A DNA stretch of 64,000 bases from Eledone cirrhosa (GCA_964016885.1 OZ024743.1:187178001-187242000); one strand, 5' to 3'. Shown: positions 12,295 through 26,899, counted from the first letter of the stretch. The notes: generated from the sequence alone by a model not told the origin. Numbers and translations are program-made.

Positions 12295-12570
12295 TGCTCT
12301 TCAGTGTTACTGGTAACATGTAACCCAGTACAACCTGTGCATGGCTGCGTCATCAACAAATAAACTGGTAACTCCACAAAGCTTGCTTTGTGAGGAGGGT
12401 GATTTTGGACAACCTGCAGGATGAAAACAACACCTGTCAAAGATCAAAGGAACTCATGGGAGTCAATGGCCATCCAATAAAGTCTTTTTAGAGGGGGAAG
12501 TGGAGTGAGAGACCCCCTAGTCTTTATTGAAACATCTCTCTGGGAGAAGGTCACTCTGATATAAATCCTG
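12295..12570 (+). repeat. Dispersed structured repeat (SINE or LINE 5'UTR-like); other copies 46450-46570(+), 60260-60537(-), 60945-61203(-)
   Basis: Shared CTGGTAACATGTA.CCCAGTACAACCTG..TAAACTG..GAGGAGGGTGA.TTTGGACA; usually abuts (TATG)n. Confidence 0.7.
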
Positions 12571-12989
12571 CAACTTCGTTTGCATCCAATGATGTAGACT
12601 AGTTTTACTTTTTGGGTAAATGCATTTGATGTTCAGAGAGTGGGATTGGCTCTGTGAAAAGCCTTTCCTCACCTAAAAATCTTTAAGCACAGGCATCACT
12701 TGATATGTGGCATCTTATGCATTGTATGGCATGGTTGGCAATAGCTGAAAAAGGCAATACCACAATTTCACTTTGCTGGTTTCACTTTTCTATGTCTGTG
12801 TCCTGCACATCTCTCATGAGCCATTCCTCTAACCATAGTTTCCAGGTCAATGAATGTTAAAAATACAGGCTAAAACTTAGCTGTGTAGTTCAGCAGTTAT
12901 CTCACTAACAAGATGGCTTTGGTAGTGCTTCTCCTTAGCATGATGCCAATCTACAATTTAATAAATTTAATTTGATCCCTAATCCATTG

Positions 12990-13580
12990 TTCATCATCAT
13001 CATAATTGGTTTTATATCCATTTTTCTACAGTTGCATGAATTGGACAGGTTCTTTTCAGTACAGATTTTCTCCACTCATCACTTTCCTTTTACATCTCTA
13101 TGATCCTCACCAATTTGAGATCAGCTCTCACCACCTCAGCTCAGGTTTTTCTTGGTCTACCTCTACTGTGGCTTCCCTCAACTGGGATTTCCTGGCACTT
13201 CTTCACCCATCGGTCATCATCCATCTGCATCACATCAGTACTAATGCAGTCTTCTCTTGCACTCTGCCTAAAACCCAGTTTCTCCTTCAGTTCATTCAAG
13301 CTCTGCTTTTCTCTCACTCTAATATTTCACATCCAACAAAACATAGCTACTTCACTTCTCACCAGTCTATGCATGTCCTCTGCAGTCACTGCCCATGTTT
13401 CACTACAATGCAGCATCATACTTTGCATACAGGCAACATGCAGTCATCCTTTTTATGCAGTGAGAAACCTTTTGTTTTAAACAGTGGAAGGTAGCTCTCT
13501 AAATTTGTTCCATCCTATCCTTATTCTGGCTATTATGGCCTTAGAGTATCTTGCTTTGCTGCTAATTAGGTCACCTAACA
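12990..13580 (-). mobile_element. Decayed RTE 3' fragment
   Basis: The plus-strand ORF text matches the antisense translation of 8989-9537 (STGISWHFFTHRSSS..AVTAHVSL). Confidence 0.85.
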
Positions 13581-16249
13581 GAAGCTATCAACCAATTCTA
13601 TGGATTCTTTCTAGGATTGAAAAAGTTTTATACACACATATGCACACACATAAACACACACCCATATATATATATATAATACATCACTGCCATCATCATC
13701 ATCATCATCATCATCATTTTATTTCTCTGGCTATTTTTCATGCTTGCATGATATATGCATAATATATATAGTAACAAGATAAAACTTACAAGCATTTCTA
13801 CTTACAATGTAACTCCAGACAAAGTGAAGAGAACATTCCACATCAGAAATACAGGTTGATGTATGTACAAAAGATATTTGCATATAGATATTACATTCTC
13901 AGTGAAAATTACGATAGGTTGGTAGAGAAAAGTATACAAAATAGCAGCAAATGTAGGCAAAAGTACACTTTAGTTGAAGTAGTTTGACAGATTCTGAGAA
14001 TGTCAGTCCTTGGAGTTGAATCGATGTAGATTTTAGATGCACAGCACAATGCTACATTGAAATGATTGCAGTTCATGTCAATATTGAAAAATATATATCG
14101 AAATGATAGGGAAAACTACGATAAGAATATTGAAGTCTCCATATATACTTCTGAAAGCCTGTCTCTACAAAACTTTAGAACTTTACAATATTTAACAAGT
14201 CTGGTATGATTTTTTCATATAGTTATAGGTTGTATTCATCCAATATCTACTATTAAAGTGTGTAGTAAAATCTGTGTAAGCATAAATAACAGCAACCTAA
14301 ACTATCACTATATGAATTATGTATTAATAAAAACTATCACTGGCAACTTAAGTAATGGAAATGCAGGATTTAATAAACTACCTCTTAATACTCATAACAG
14401 CCATAGCAACTATTTTAGTAATTATAATAGTAGTAAAAGCCTGCAAATACCCTAGCTTCTTTAAGTAATCAATTTTTAAAATCAATGTTCATTCTTTTTA
14501 AGAAGCTAAACTACTTATTGATTCCATACATTGTAATAAATAAATGTTCTTTTATTTTTAAACATCAATTTTTTACCACTTATTCAGAAGATCGGCCAAT
14601 GTCCATGACCGTTTCAGGGCCTCTGGGATAAGGGGAAGGAAGGAGGAAGGTAACTTCTATTTGTAGACACCTAAATGGTTGAAATAGAGTGGACTCCATT
14701 AAAGGCACTGAGGTGCCTGTTGATGGTGTTAAGCTTGTCAATAGTTTATGTCTACAATCCAAAGCATCCTATCTCATGCATTAACATTTCTGCCAGTTAA
14801 CTGCTCTAGACTGGTACTTGATCAACTCTGAATGGATGAAAGTCAAAGTTAACCTTGGTGGGATGTGATATCAGAATTCAAGGGATTGTAATAAATACTG
14901 CAAGGTATTTTTTATGACACTGGAATGCTTTTGTCAGTTCACCAAAACAATGTAGATGAAAATGTTTTGTTTTTGTTTTCGGATATTTTCCCAATTCCAC
15001 GAGAAGTAAACGATAATTTTGATAAATATTTCTATATAACAAGATATTGTTATTCATTGATTCACTCTTTATTAGTGAGATTCTTAGAAAAATGTCACTT
15101 TCATATAGCTTGAAATGTCTCTTTGAAGAATCAGTTGCTCTTTGAGGGAACTCTTTTGACTACTGAACTCATGATATAAATGCTTTGCACAAAACACAAT
15201 AAAGTTGATTATAGAAAAACTAAATCATAGCATTTCCTTTGCAATCAAATCTTTTTGACTCAAATATAATTAATATTAGAAAAGTAATTAATAGTTGATT
15301 TCCTTAATAAATGTTAGTGGGTAAAGGAGAATAGCTGCAAGGATTTTTCATAACAGCAAATCTAATTTTAGCCAACTAAGTATAAAAGACTTAGACTGAG
15401 AACAGAGATTATGCTGAATAATAGATTGAGTATTAAAATCATGTGCCTGGACGAGAATTTTTTTTTATTTACATTTTCCTGTTATGGCTTTCTGTTGTCA
15501 ATTATTTAAAAACCTTTTAAAAGCCAACATTTTAGGTTAAGCTCTAAAAGCCTGAAGTAGCAATTCTAATAAAATTGAGTTACAATTCTATGATTTCAGT
15601 GTCACTTGGTTTATACCTGCATGCAAGAAATCCTTAGTGAGTGAACCTTTAGAAAGTTGATTCCCTTGCTAGAAATAGCAATAAAATCTCAATGAAATCA
15701 CATCTTATTGTTTAAAAAAATGAAGAAAACATTGGATAATTTTCAGAGTTGATAGAATGTCATATAGAAGGCCTTGCATTATTCATTCCGGTTCTCTCTG
15801 GTCAAATGCCACTAAAGTCACATTTTCCTTTTGTCTATTTAATAGTCATCATCATCATCATCATCGATGTTTATGTCTGTTTTTCCATGCTTGAGTTGAT
15901 ATCTCCTTTTCAGCATAGTATCTTTCCACTTGCCATGTTATTTCATCATCTATTTCTGTGAGTCTCAGTAATACGAGATCAGCTTTCACCACCTCTGCCC
16001 AGGTCTTCCTTGGTCTATTTCTACTGCAGCTTCCTTCCATTAAGATTGATAAATAAAATACTTGTCAATTACTGGGATAATATTTTTCCTTCTGTCTGAA
16101 TGTCTGTCTCTCTACATATTGACTATAGGGTGGGTGGAAAGAAACTCCTTATTTAAAATTGTTAATAACTTTATAAATTATTGGTCGACATATTGTACAG
16201 TTTTAACATTCTACTGAGGCATCAGAGACTTCGTTTTGTACCCTCTTTG

Positions 16250-16900
16250 GCACTGCTAGGAAGGACAGATTTGTAATGGACAAACATATCTCTGCAATCA
16301 CTTTGCAGTAGAAATTAAGGAGGGCAAGGAATCTTGTGTCACGAGGGTGTTCCATACTAAAGTTTATGTGTTTGTCCATGTTATTGAACAATTCAAATCT
16401 CTTCATATCATCACAGGAAGAAATGGGATGAAGAAATTGTTAACAAATATCACAAAGGAGGTGACATAGTGATGACAGGTGTCCAGCAAACTATGTTGAA
16501 GATGGTTCATATGATATTGCTAGTATACCTGACAGGCTGGGTCCCATCAGCCATCCCAGGGTCTGTTGGTATGTTTGTTTGATAAAGTTGAAGAATATGT
16601 CATTTATAACAACAGCTAGGAGCTGGTGGATGTTGGTGTGGTAAGGTCGAAGCAGTGATAATTGATGGATTGGACGTGTTTCATCAATATGTCTACAGCT
16701 GGGCATGTGGGTACCACAGTGTATAAAGATAACATATTGAGGTTGAAGCCATACTTGTTTTTTTTTGTGGGTGTCAGAGTTCTGTTGGTGGAATTATTTG
16801 ATGTCTTCTTTCAAACTGTTGACATGGCCCAAAAAGGTGGCTAGTATTGGTTTTAAGAGCCTAGATAGTAGCCATGAAACCATATAAAGTAGTCTATCCA
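16250..16900 (-). mobile_element. Decayed Penelope-like RT fragment
   Basis: FFNFIKQTYQQTLG..MGPSLSGILA (motif B') and FNNMDKHINFSMEHP..FLALLNF (PLE thumb-like). Confidence 0.65.
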
Positions 16901-16959
16901 CACTGGAAAAAAATATAATATTTGTGCTATTTCAAAGTAGACAGACAGCAGTGAGAGTC

Positions 16960-17231
16960 ATCATCATTCATCATCATTTCATTTTACGTCCGCTTTTTCC
17001 CTGCTTGCAAGGGTGGGACGGGAACTGATTCTGGCTTGATTTCTACAGCTGGATGCCCTTCCTAACACCAACCTCATTTACAGTGAGTGCAGGGTGCTTT
17101 TTTGCCGTGGCACCTCCACGACCACTTTGCAGTGAAATGATATGGACCTCAGTCCCTATCATCTCATTTCTACAGCTGAGTAAACTGGAGCAATGTGAAA
17201 TAAAGTGTCTTGCTCAAGGAAACAACACATC
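16960..17231 (-). mobile_element. Chimeric SINE with RTE family-B tail (5'-truncated)
   Basis: Body matches 4995-5200; tail matches 9528-9583. A second copy lies at 30885-31205. Confidence 0.85.
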
Positions 17232-18319
17232 ACAATACAAAATTATATTAATAGATATTTATCACCACCATCAGAATTTGAACATAAAGCAGCAAGTTGC
17301 TTAAATCCAGCTGTCTAAATTAAATCTATCCATAAACACCATTAAAATGAAAACAAAATCATAATATTAATATAACCAACACATTATTAAAATATTTTGC
17401 AAGTAAATAATGAATTTCTTTTATCAATTATTGAGTTTTGTGATGTGGTATATTCCTTATGAGTAAAAGTTTATATTTATCGAGTTGTCTGAATAACTCA
17501 AAGCTGCATCTGCAACTGACTTATTAAATGAAATTTCTGTTTAAACTATGTTGATATTTTGATTTAAGTAACTATATTTAAATCTATTTTGAACTATGAA
17601 ATCATTTGATATACATCTGATGGCATAACCAGTTCTTTCAAGAAAGCAGATACAATATAAACACTTATATATGTAAGTTTTTCATCAATGAATACAGTGT
17701 ACAATGTTGAAAATGTATATTTATTTACTAACAAATTATCTTATGAAATTTCTGAGATGATTTGAAATTTGGTTTCAATTATGATGTAAAGAATATTTTC
17801 CTTCATGAAATAACTTGTACATAACTGTATGGTTAATAAGTTCATTTCATAGCTACATGCTTAGAAGATTGGTTATATTGTGCAGCACCTTGATTTCTAT
17901 GATTGCCTTAGGTTGACCAAAACTGTGAATGGAATTTGGCAGATCAAATCTTTCAGAAGCACAGTTCCTGCTAAGCTTACACTGTCACATAGTTTAAAAC
18001 TATGACATTGGCATTGGGGTCCTTTATCAGTTTTCTCTCTATTGCAAACATTTAGTTTAAGTCACCAATCTGAGGATAATTTCCTTTCTTTCTCTCAACA
18101 GTCTCAGCAGAGTAACAAAAAGATCATGGGCTCTGCCCTTGATCCTCTTGCTAAGCCCCACTCTCTCCTTGAAATAAAAACGATAATAAACAATATCTAT
18201 TTAAAATGTGATTTATAATTTAAATATCATCGTTATATTTTATGACTTAAATGATTTTATATGTATAAATATCATGTTAGATAAATGCATTCTTTGCTGA
18301 TTATTGTTAGTGTTTCTGT

Positions 18320-18522
18320 TCAAACCGGCCAGAATTCTCTACCTTTTTCTGTTAAAATTGGCTGTAACTGGTCACTCAAACTGATGTTAAGGTATTGTTC
18401 TCAAAATAAATACTTTCAAAATCTCATAGATTTGATATTATGTGAGATAATTATGTGAGATAAAGCATTTACCATGAAAAAACAATAGTAAATATAGAGT
18501 AATGTGAATGCTAAAGGGTTAA
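18320..18522. mobile_element. Partial piggyBac-like MITE, inverted relative to 53264-53484
   Basis: Ends ATGCTAAAGGG-TTAA; interior is the reverse complement of the 53.3-kb copy. Confidence 0.65.
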
Positions 18523-19146
18523 AACTTAATACAATTCTTTAGCCATGTTTAGCCATGTTTTAATAACTTAGACAGAGTAATAATGGAAAATATATTCTCA
18601 TTTTCAGTGCCTTCGTGGCTGTAGGAGCTAGTTACTATAGAGGTTGGACGTTTGCAACAGTGTAAAACATTTAGTTCTAGACATTAAATTTTTCAAAATT
18701 AGTTCACAATTTCAGTCACAGTCTTGTGCATCTGTTTATATATTTCATCAATTCTCTTTTAATTAACTTGCTCACATTTACAACTTTACTAGCCTCTTTT
18801 CTTAAACAACCATTCACAATCTACATGTACTTTTGCCTACTTTCATACATTTCATAAGCAATTTTGCATTTTCTCAACTTATTTTGCTATTAGTTTACCT
18901 GGACATCTTAATTTCCACCAATAATTTCCAACATCCTGAAGGTGGTGGATTTGCAGAATCATTACATCATCAAAGAACTATCATTTGATTCATAGAATCA
19001 TTAGACATGGGATAAAATGCCCTGCAAAATTTATTTTCATTTATGTTCTCAGTTCAAATCCTTTCAAAGTCACTTTTGCTTTTAATTCATTTAACGTCAA
19101 TAAAATATGTTTCAATCAAGTACTGGGATAGATGTAATCTACATTT

Positions 19147-19295
19147 CCTCCTCCTCCTCCTCCTCCTCCTCCTCCTCCTCCTCCTTCTTTTTCTTCTTCT
19201 TCTTCTTCTTCTTCTTCTTCTTCTTCTTCTTCTTCTTCTTCTTCTTCTTCTTCTTCTTCTTCTTCTTCTTCTTCTTCTTCTTCTTCTTCTTCTTC
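19147..19295. repeat. (CTC)n(TTC)n polypyrimidine microsatellite
   Basis: Directly visible. Similar tracts at 55938-55981 and 56302-56380. Confidence 0.95.
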
Positions 19296-20398
19296 ACCCA
19301 TATGTTCCTGGAAGGGTCATAGGGGCAGAGTTCTCAAACACTCAGGTTTCTGGTCTTCTGCCAATGTAAGAAATTATTATTTTAGTTTAGTTTAGTTTTT
19401 CTCCCATATAAAGAAATTTCTGAGGGATGAAAGTGCTCCTAAGGAGAACTTGTTTCTGAAATTGCCGAATGAAAGATTGCCCCTTTGAGCTGTTTAATGT
19501 TCGGTTCATATTTTGTATTTATAATTCTTGGAAATTTGACTAATTTTTATCATTGCTGTATCCACAATTTTACACTGTGATACTGCTAATTCTATTTGTA
19601 AGTCCTTATACTCTGAATGTGTTATATATTCAATATATTGTTATTTATTTTATTAAAAAAAAATATTTTCAACATTCCATCACCAATTTTATTATCATCA
19701 TCCTCATCACCTCTACAGCTACCACAACTATCGTCACTACTATTGCTGCATTGATGTAAATTCAATCATTTGTGTATGCTATCTAGACATTCTTTTAACT
19801 GCAATTTAGCCCCATGTGGCTTAAAACAGAATATATTTCTGCTAGAGTATGTAAAGCCATTGGGAACGAGAGGTTTCAACCATCTAAACAAACTAAATTT
19901 AATATCATATTAGTCAAAAATAAATTGTATTTCATATAGAACTTGGCTTCTTTTATGTTTATTCATAAGTTGTTATTAAGTATCATACATGTTGAATAAT
20001 TTCTGTTTAATCCCATATTGTATTTCCTTTTGTTCACATTCTTGTTAATATTTACAAAGGTGGTGAATTGGCAGAATTGTTAGTGCTTTGGATAGAATGT
20101 TTTGCATTATTTGTTCCAGATCTCTGCATTCTCAGTTCAAATCACAATAAGGTCAACTTTGCTTGTCACCCTTTCAGAGTCAATAAATAAAGTAGCAGTC
20201 CAGTACTAGAGTTAATTCTTTTCTGTTTCTTCTTCTTGTTGTTTTTATTTCTGAATTGTTCTTTCAATTTAAGCATTGTCAGGTTTATTTGACCTGAGAA
20301 TTGAAAGAACTATTTAACCCTAACCTGGTCAAAACTGGCTCTGGTTCTAAGAAAAACAGAACAAATCACTTTAAAGTGTTCCTATTTAAATTAATCCT

Positions 20399-21510
20399 GT
20401 GCACATCACCTTCATTGACTTCACAAAAGCTTTTGACAATGTGAAACCAAGCTTGTGGCAACTCTTAAACAAGACGTCAGTTAATAAAAAATACATCAAC
20501 CTACTGAAAGAAACTTATACCTACTCAACAGCATATATCAAAACAGATTTGGGAACCACACGGTGTATAGACATCTTGAAGGGAGTTAAGCAAGCGTATG
20601 TACTATCAGCAATTTTTTTCTGTATAGTTATAGCTTTACTTATCTACCAAACTGAAGAAGAATGCTCCTTTGGTTATCAAATAGAAGGTAAAATCCTACC
20701 AAATCTTACCTATGCAGACGATCTGGCCATCATAAGTTACTCTAGAACTGATCTGCAAGACTTTCTGAATGTACTGGCCAAACATTCGCTAGTGGCTGGC
20801 TTACGCATTAATATCTCCAAAACAAAGTATATGACAACTGATAAAAACAGTGCCAATCTCCAACTCACAATCTACAATGAGCAAATTGCTCAAGTTACGG
20901 AGTTTGTATATCTCGGTCACAAACTATCATCAAACAACAATGGAATGGTTGCTGTGAAGTATCGCATTGCTCTAGGTTGGGCAGCTTTCAATAAGAACAA
21001 GGAAGTACTAACATCTAAATGAGTTTCCTATCATTTGAAGACTAAGATCTTCAATACTTACATCCTACCAGTTGTGTTATATGGTCTTGACTGTGTTAAT
21101 TGGACGACAAGGTCATTTCAGAAGCTCTCTACATTCCAGAACCACATCATGAGACTTATGACTGGTAAGCGGCTCAGCGACCATATCTGTATCAGTGAGC
21201 TGCTCAACATTACCAGACTTAGACCAATTACATCAATTGTCAAGTTGAGAATACTCAAACTATATGGTCATATAAAAAGATGAACTCGTGGTGTGAGTAG
21301 TTTATGCCTGGAAGGAAGGTTGGCTGGTAAGAGAAGCAGAGGCCGGCCGCCAAAACGATGGCTTGATAGTGTCAACTTATGGACTGGACTTCATTTTTGC
21401 TCTTTAAACTCTGCTGCTGGTGATCGAACTTTGTGGAGAAAAATATCTCATGTTGATGTACAGTCTGCAATTGGTGGAATTTAGTGTAAAATAAAAATAA
21501 AATAAAAATA
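20399..21510 (+). mobile_element. 5'-truncated RTE-like LINE of a third family (no PHD insert), with stops
   Basis: FIDFTKAFD, GVKQ..LS, TYADD, INISKTKYM..QVTEFVYLG, LYGHIKR, GKRSRGRPPKRW; (TAAAAA)n tail. Confidence 0.9.
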
Positions 21511-21551
21511 TTTAAATTAAAATCCCTCGACATTATTTTATATAAGAACAG

Positions 21552-21740
21552 GGCGGTGGATTGGCAGTATCAGTAGAGGGTCGGACGCCATGCTTTCCAT
21601 CATAGTTACGTCCCTTTACGATCTGAGTTAAAATCCCGCCGAGGTTGACTTTGCCTTTCATCCTTACGGGGTCGATAAAATAAAGTACCAGTAATACACT
21701 GGATAATTGCTGGCCTTGTGCCTAAACTAGAAACAATTAT
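21552..21740 (+). mobile_element. tRNA-derived SINE with a GCCTTTCATCC..GGGGTCGATAAA central domain; many copies (22722-22908+, 38620-38808-, 38830-39035-, 57603-57810-, 61410-61590+, plus older copies near 11.8, 14.8, 18.9, 20.1, 30.1, 46.9, 50.4, 52.4, 53.0 and 61.6 kb)
   Basis: GGCGGTGGATTGGCAG..GAGTT(C)AAATCC..GCCTTGTGCCTAAA.TAGAAAC; resembles octopus OR-type SINEs as I recall them. Confidence 0.85.
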
Positions 21741-22019
21741 TTTATATAAGAACCATATGTTCAATTATTATCTTGGTAATGAAATAATTAATAATGTAAT
21801 GAATCCTATAATATTAATTATTAATTAATTAAAAGAAAGTATATTTCATTAGAAATACGTTCATAATTGTGTCTATAGCTGCTCATTATCGAGATCTCCA
21901 GAGAATCCAACATTATTTAAATCAGGTAGCTATAAAAACAGTATTATCTTAAAGATTGATGTGGCAATATAAGGATTTTTAGCATATGAAGATGAGCACT
22001 TACTTTAGGGAAGGTTGTG

Positions 22020-22560
22020 GGAGCTGATGTAGTAATTCACCAGCTTCAGCACTTGAACATCAGAAGAAGGGAGGTTAGTATAAAAGCCAACCTTGCTATC
22101 TTCAATTTGGTTTTGGGTCTACTCTTATCTATGGTAAAAAATCATGTCATGATGGAAATAACACCATTGTGGATACAAATAGCTGAAATGGGGTTCCTCT
22201 GAAAGATCGTCAGAGTAATGCTTCTTTATAGGGCATGTAGCTTTGAGAACAGGGAGTAACTTCAGGTAAGGCTGTTACTTTTCCTAATCAAGAGATCACA
22301 ACTCCAATGCTATGGACATGTGGTTAGAATGTCTAAGGAAAGAATTGCTGTCAGATTCTATGGGTAAAGCCAACCAGCCAGAGACCAAAGAGTAGACCCT
22401 GAAAAAAATGGTTGGAGAACACCTGTGAGCCCAGTTGATCTTGCTTAGAGACCCAACCAGATCATTTGGAGATGGTTGCTTCTGATAGGACCCTCTGGAA
22501 GGCATGTCTAAGAACATTGCTTCCATGACCCTCCCATGAATAAATGGGCAAAGAAGAAAA
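22020..22560 (+). mobile_element. Decayed RTE 3' fragment
   Basis: WIQIAEMGFL*KI..IKRSQLQCYGHVVRM..RPKSRP motifs. Confidence 0.65.
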
Positions 22561-24839
22561 GGAAGGAGAAGAAGAGAGAAGAGGGTATAGGGAATTAGAT
22601 TAACTCCAGTACACGATGGGCTGCTACAAATTGATAAAAAGTGATAATGTTAAAGGAAATAAACTGAGTGCATTAATATTATTATTAATATTATTATTAT
22701 TAATATTATTATTAATATTAAGGCGGTGAATTGGCAGTATCGGTAGAGGGTTGGACGCCATGCTTTCTAGCATAGTTATGTCCCTTTACGGTCTGAGTTC
22801 AAATCCCACCAAGGTTAACTTTGCCTTTTATCGACGGGGTCGATAAAATAAAGTACCAGTAATGTACTGGATAATTGCTGGCCTTGTGCCTAAAGTAGAA
22901 ACAATTAATATCAATATCTTGAAAGTTTAATTGATTGGCACCATTCTCTGAATCTGCATAACAGACAAACATTGTTCCATTGGAGGTGTGTTTAAATTAT
23001 TAAATTCAGGATAGAATTTTGGGTAGATTTAATCAATTTAATTTTTTAAAATTGAAATTGTGAGCAATAACATAATTGTTTACTGGCTTCCAATGGGCTA
23101 ATCCCTTCATCATCACCATTTAATGTCTATTTTCCATGAGTGCATAGGCTAGATGGACTTTCCTGTTATGAAGCCAACAGGTCTGATAACCATGTCTTGA
23201 TCATACAATCCAATTTTGGTTCAGTTTTCTATTGTTGGATGTTCTTTCTAATGCCAACTAATTTGATGGGAAGCTTTTTTATCATAGTATTAGAATAACC
23301 ACATTGCAAGTTGGCCAGGGTCCTTTTTGTCGTGGTATCAGAACACCCTTTTATAGGGTAGAATGGGTATTTTTGTGTTATGTCGCCTGAATGATCACTT
23401 TACAGGGGGGAACTGTTCACTGCATTTTTGATGGTGGGTTAATAATGACAAGGGGGTGTTTGTAATGCATAAAACATAAACTTTTATATGATGGGCTTCG
23501 TATGGTTTCTTTTGACAAAGTTCCCCTCACTAGGTATTTATCTGGCTGAGACTATAGTAGATGACTCTTACCCAGATGCTAAACAGTGAAGTGAAACCAT
23601 GAAGCACAGGGCTGCAAAGGGAACTTCTTAACCATACAGCCATAACTGCTTCTGAATTACTGATGTTGGTAAATTTTGTTTTGTTTATTATTTGATAGCA
23701 ATGTCATTAGTCTGCTCTTTGATGTTTCAAATCACCTTACTTTCTCCCTTAGTTGAAATCCTTCACGAAATCTTTATTATATTATCTGAAATTTATTTTC
23801 AATGTGCTCTTTCAATGATATTTTCATTGAGCTATAAATGTTCTATATCTACGTAAATTTCTAGTGAAATTAGTTTTTGCAAAAGAGAAAATATAACCTA
23901 GATCAAAAAGAAATCACATAATCTTTAATGGTCTCAGAAATATGTTTGTTTATGATATGAATATCACATCTGACAAACGTTTCTTATAAATAACAAGAGT
24001 TTAGTTCCATATGAATGACAAATTTCCGTTAATATACAAAGCATTTATTCATGTAGTTCTAAATATATTCCACCTTTTCCATTTTCTTTATTCTGATTAT
24101 GACTTGACAAAATATGTTCTGCAAAGAAAATTGTTTTGGAACCGAAAACAGAAAATGTGGATGCTATCATACCAACTTGTTGTTTTATTAAATAGAGAAT
24201 TTATCATTTAAATGGAATTCATTCAATGATTGAATGCTTTCTTCTTGCCATTGATCCAGTAAATGTGAATATTTAATAGGATTTCCTTTATCTTTTTTAT
24301 GGTTTATATTCGAATAGAAATTATCAGAAAAAAAATTATCTGAAGCTATAAGACGTTTTTCTTTCATATATTTAACTTTTTCTTGTGTTTGTTTATTTCT
24401 GAAATTCCAGTTCATTATAACAAAACAACAAGACTCTAATAGCAACTGTCACAAAAAGTAGCTATAGAGTTGTAAAACTATACAATATTTAACAAGGAAA
24501 TATGGCAGTTAGTTTTCAAGTTTAATAATGAGCAACGATAGTAGATACCAAAATAAATAACTAAAATAAGAGTAATGCGAGCCACATTCAGTTAATTTTT
24601 CCAACAACTTGAAAATTTTGTTCCCTTTCTTGTTTCTTATTTCTGTTGTATGACAGAACTGACATCTAAAATGTTACACTTCTGTAATAGAAGTTTAAAA
24701 TATGAGATAAACTGATGATTTTTCTATAGCTTGATAGACTGAAACAAGTGTTTTTCAATGTTTAATGTAAGAATATTACTAATCCCCCCCCCCCCCCCCC
24801 GGAATATACTTTTCCTCTACATAAGTTGGTTTTCACTAT

Positions 24840-25130
24840 GAGTTTTCTAGTTGATTTGATCAGCAGAACAGCCAGCACATGAAATTACGTGCAAGTAGCT
24901 GAGCATTTCACAAACACGTGTACCTTAAAATAGTTTCTAAAAAGATTCAGCATGACACAAGGTGTGACAAATATAACTCCTTTAAATTGAAGGAACAACT
25001 CATGTTTTTCCAGCTGCATGGATTGGACCAACATGAAATAAAGTGTTCTGTTCAAGGATGGAATGCAGCAACAGAAATCAAACTCATAAATTTAGAATTG
25101 TGAGCCAAATACCCTAACCACTAAGCCATT
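24840..25130 (-). mobile_element. tRNA-headed SINE; related copies ~1520-1680 and 53200-53925
   Basis: Minus-strand head TGGCTTAGTGGTTAGGG..GAGTTTGATT; shared GAAATTA.C.TGCAAGT.GCTGAGCA body. Confidence 0.65.
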
Positions 25131-25348
25131 CTCAACACATATGTCTTGTGTTTGTCCTTTACATTGGCCCACATTCATAATTGAGGTGCTTGTATATTTA
25201 TTCTTTAGCAAATTCTATAAAAAAATTATTGTAGTTTAATATTTATGACAAACAAATAAACCCTCTTTCCCTCTCTGTACTCATATATACATACATATGC
25301 ATGTGCGTATGTTTGTGTAGGTTTATGTGATTGTGTGTGTGTAAGTGT

Positions 25349-25510
25349 AGGCATAGTTGTGTGGCTAAGGAGTTCATTTTGCCACCATGTGTTTTGGGGT
25401 TTGACCTCACTGCATGGCATCTTGGCCAAGTGTCTTCAACTAAAATTTTGGGCTGATCAATGCCTTTTGAAATTTGGTAGATAGAAATTGTGCAGAAGCA
25501 CATCATATAT
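25349..25510 (+). mobile_element. CORE-type tRNA SINE; copies 23490-23650(-), 56000-56140(-), 56982-57120(+)
   Basis: GGCATAGTTGTGTGG..GGTTTGACCTCACTGCATGGCATCTTGGCCAAGTGTCTT..GGTAGATAGAAA. Confidence 0.7.
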
Positions 25511-25559
25511 ATACACAAAACAAGCATTTTAAGGCCATCTTCCCTGCTAAAGCATGAGT

Positions 25560-25990
25560 TAGTCTTATGGGTCCATGACAAGCTTGTCTCTATTCCCTAT
25601 TAACTGCATCTCCCCTCATCAACACGCCCACATGGTTTTCATTTTCTCCTCTATCATTTTTAACCAAGCTTTTATTCATTTTTCCTTTCCACATTCCTTT
25701 TTATCACTCCTCTCTCCCATTAAATTTCATCTTTCTTCAACACCTGACCTGGCTATCCATTTCTCTTCACAACATTCATCACTGGTTCTATCCCCATCAT
25801 CCTCTGCAATGTATTGTTTATCTTCCCCTCTCCGAATGATACCCCACTTATCCACTTGTCCATTCTTGTTTTCCATTCTATGTTGCTTCACATTCTTCAT
25901 CCATGCCGCATTCCCATACCATGACACTTCTCACAAATGCAGCATACACCTTTCCTTTCAGTTTCAATGACACTCCCCGCATTGAAGAAT
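25560..25990 (-). mobile_element. Decayed RTE 3' fragment
   Basis: Minus strand reads ..GIIRRGEDKQYIAEDDGDRTSDECCEEKWIARSG... Confidence 0.55.
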
Positions 25991-26899
25991 AATGATGAAT
26001 AAAGATACCAATCATTCAAATTTTTTATTTCATTATTGTCATTTGGGACATGATCTTTTTGTGTTCACAATCTACTTTATGAAGATATAACTCCTTTAAA
26101 GTATGACATTGCATAACATATAAAACAAACAATGGAATGTTAAGTAAAGAATGAAATTATATTTAAGAGAGGTTTCACTTAAATACTGACTTAGTTTGTG
26201 AAGACCTGTTCAACACTTGCTAACAGGGAAAACAAATATTTGATGATGATGATGATGATGATGATGAAATTAACATACTTTTAATGCAGTGTTTTAAAAT
26301 TTTCATACATAACTCTACTTTCTTTGATGTGCTGAGTATAAAATGCTTCTTTTCTGGTTTTCCACTAGCAAATTGATTTTATTCTGGCCTTTTAGACATG
26401 GTATTATATGAACATTATGATAGATGAGAGCAAATAATCAGATAAATGAATAGAGGGATAAGTGTACACAGCAGCAGTAAAAACTAATATGTAACATATA
26501 GGATTTGGAAATTCATACAAAGCAGCCATCCAGTTAGTACTACAAGGTTCAATCACCAGTGAAATAGTATCTAATGAGGACCTCATGGAGAGGAAATATC
26601 ATAATGCTGAAGAAGGTTAAGATGAAAGTTGGGATACAGAACCACCATGAATTTTTATTAATTAAGATTTGTCTGAGGTTTTTTTAATCTTAAATAATGC
26701 TATGGCCATTTTCACCAAAAATGATTTAGAAGTTTAGAGGAAAACCAGTTAATAATGAGTAGATACACCTGCTTCAAGGAATTATACAAAGAGAAGAAAA
26801 GCGTATAGTAAACCATGGATATTCCTTTGAAGTAAATAATTATCTTATTTAAGTATCATGGTAGAAAGATATTTTTTCATTTATTTATATGAGTTAAAG

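Noticed and set aside
14258-14455. Asn-rich ORF or possible NUMT
   Set aside because: Short, explained by AT-rich composition, and no mitochondrial protein motif recognised.
19043-19369. Poly-L/F/E ORFs
   Set aside because: Translations of the (CTC)n(TTC)n microsatellite.
19417-19474. HHR-like CTGAGGG..GAAATT motif (also CCGAAGA at ~44664 and GTGACGA at ~50144)
   Set aside because: Multiple core mismatches and no valid NUH or stem I; not distinguishable from chance by eye.
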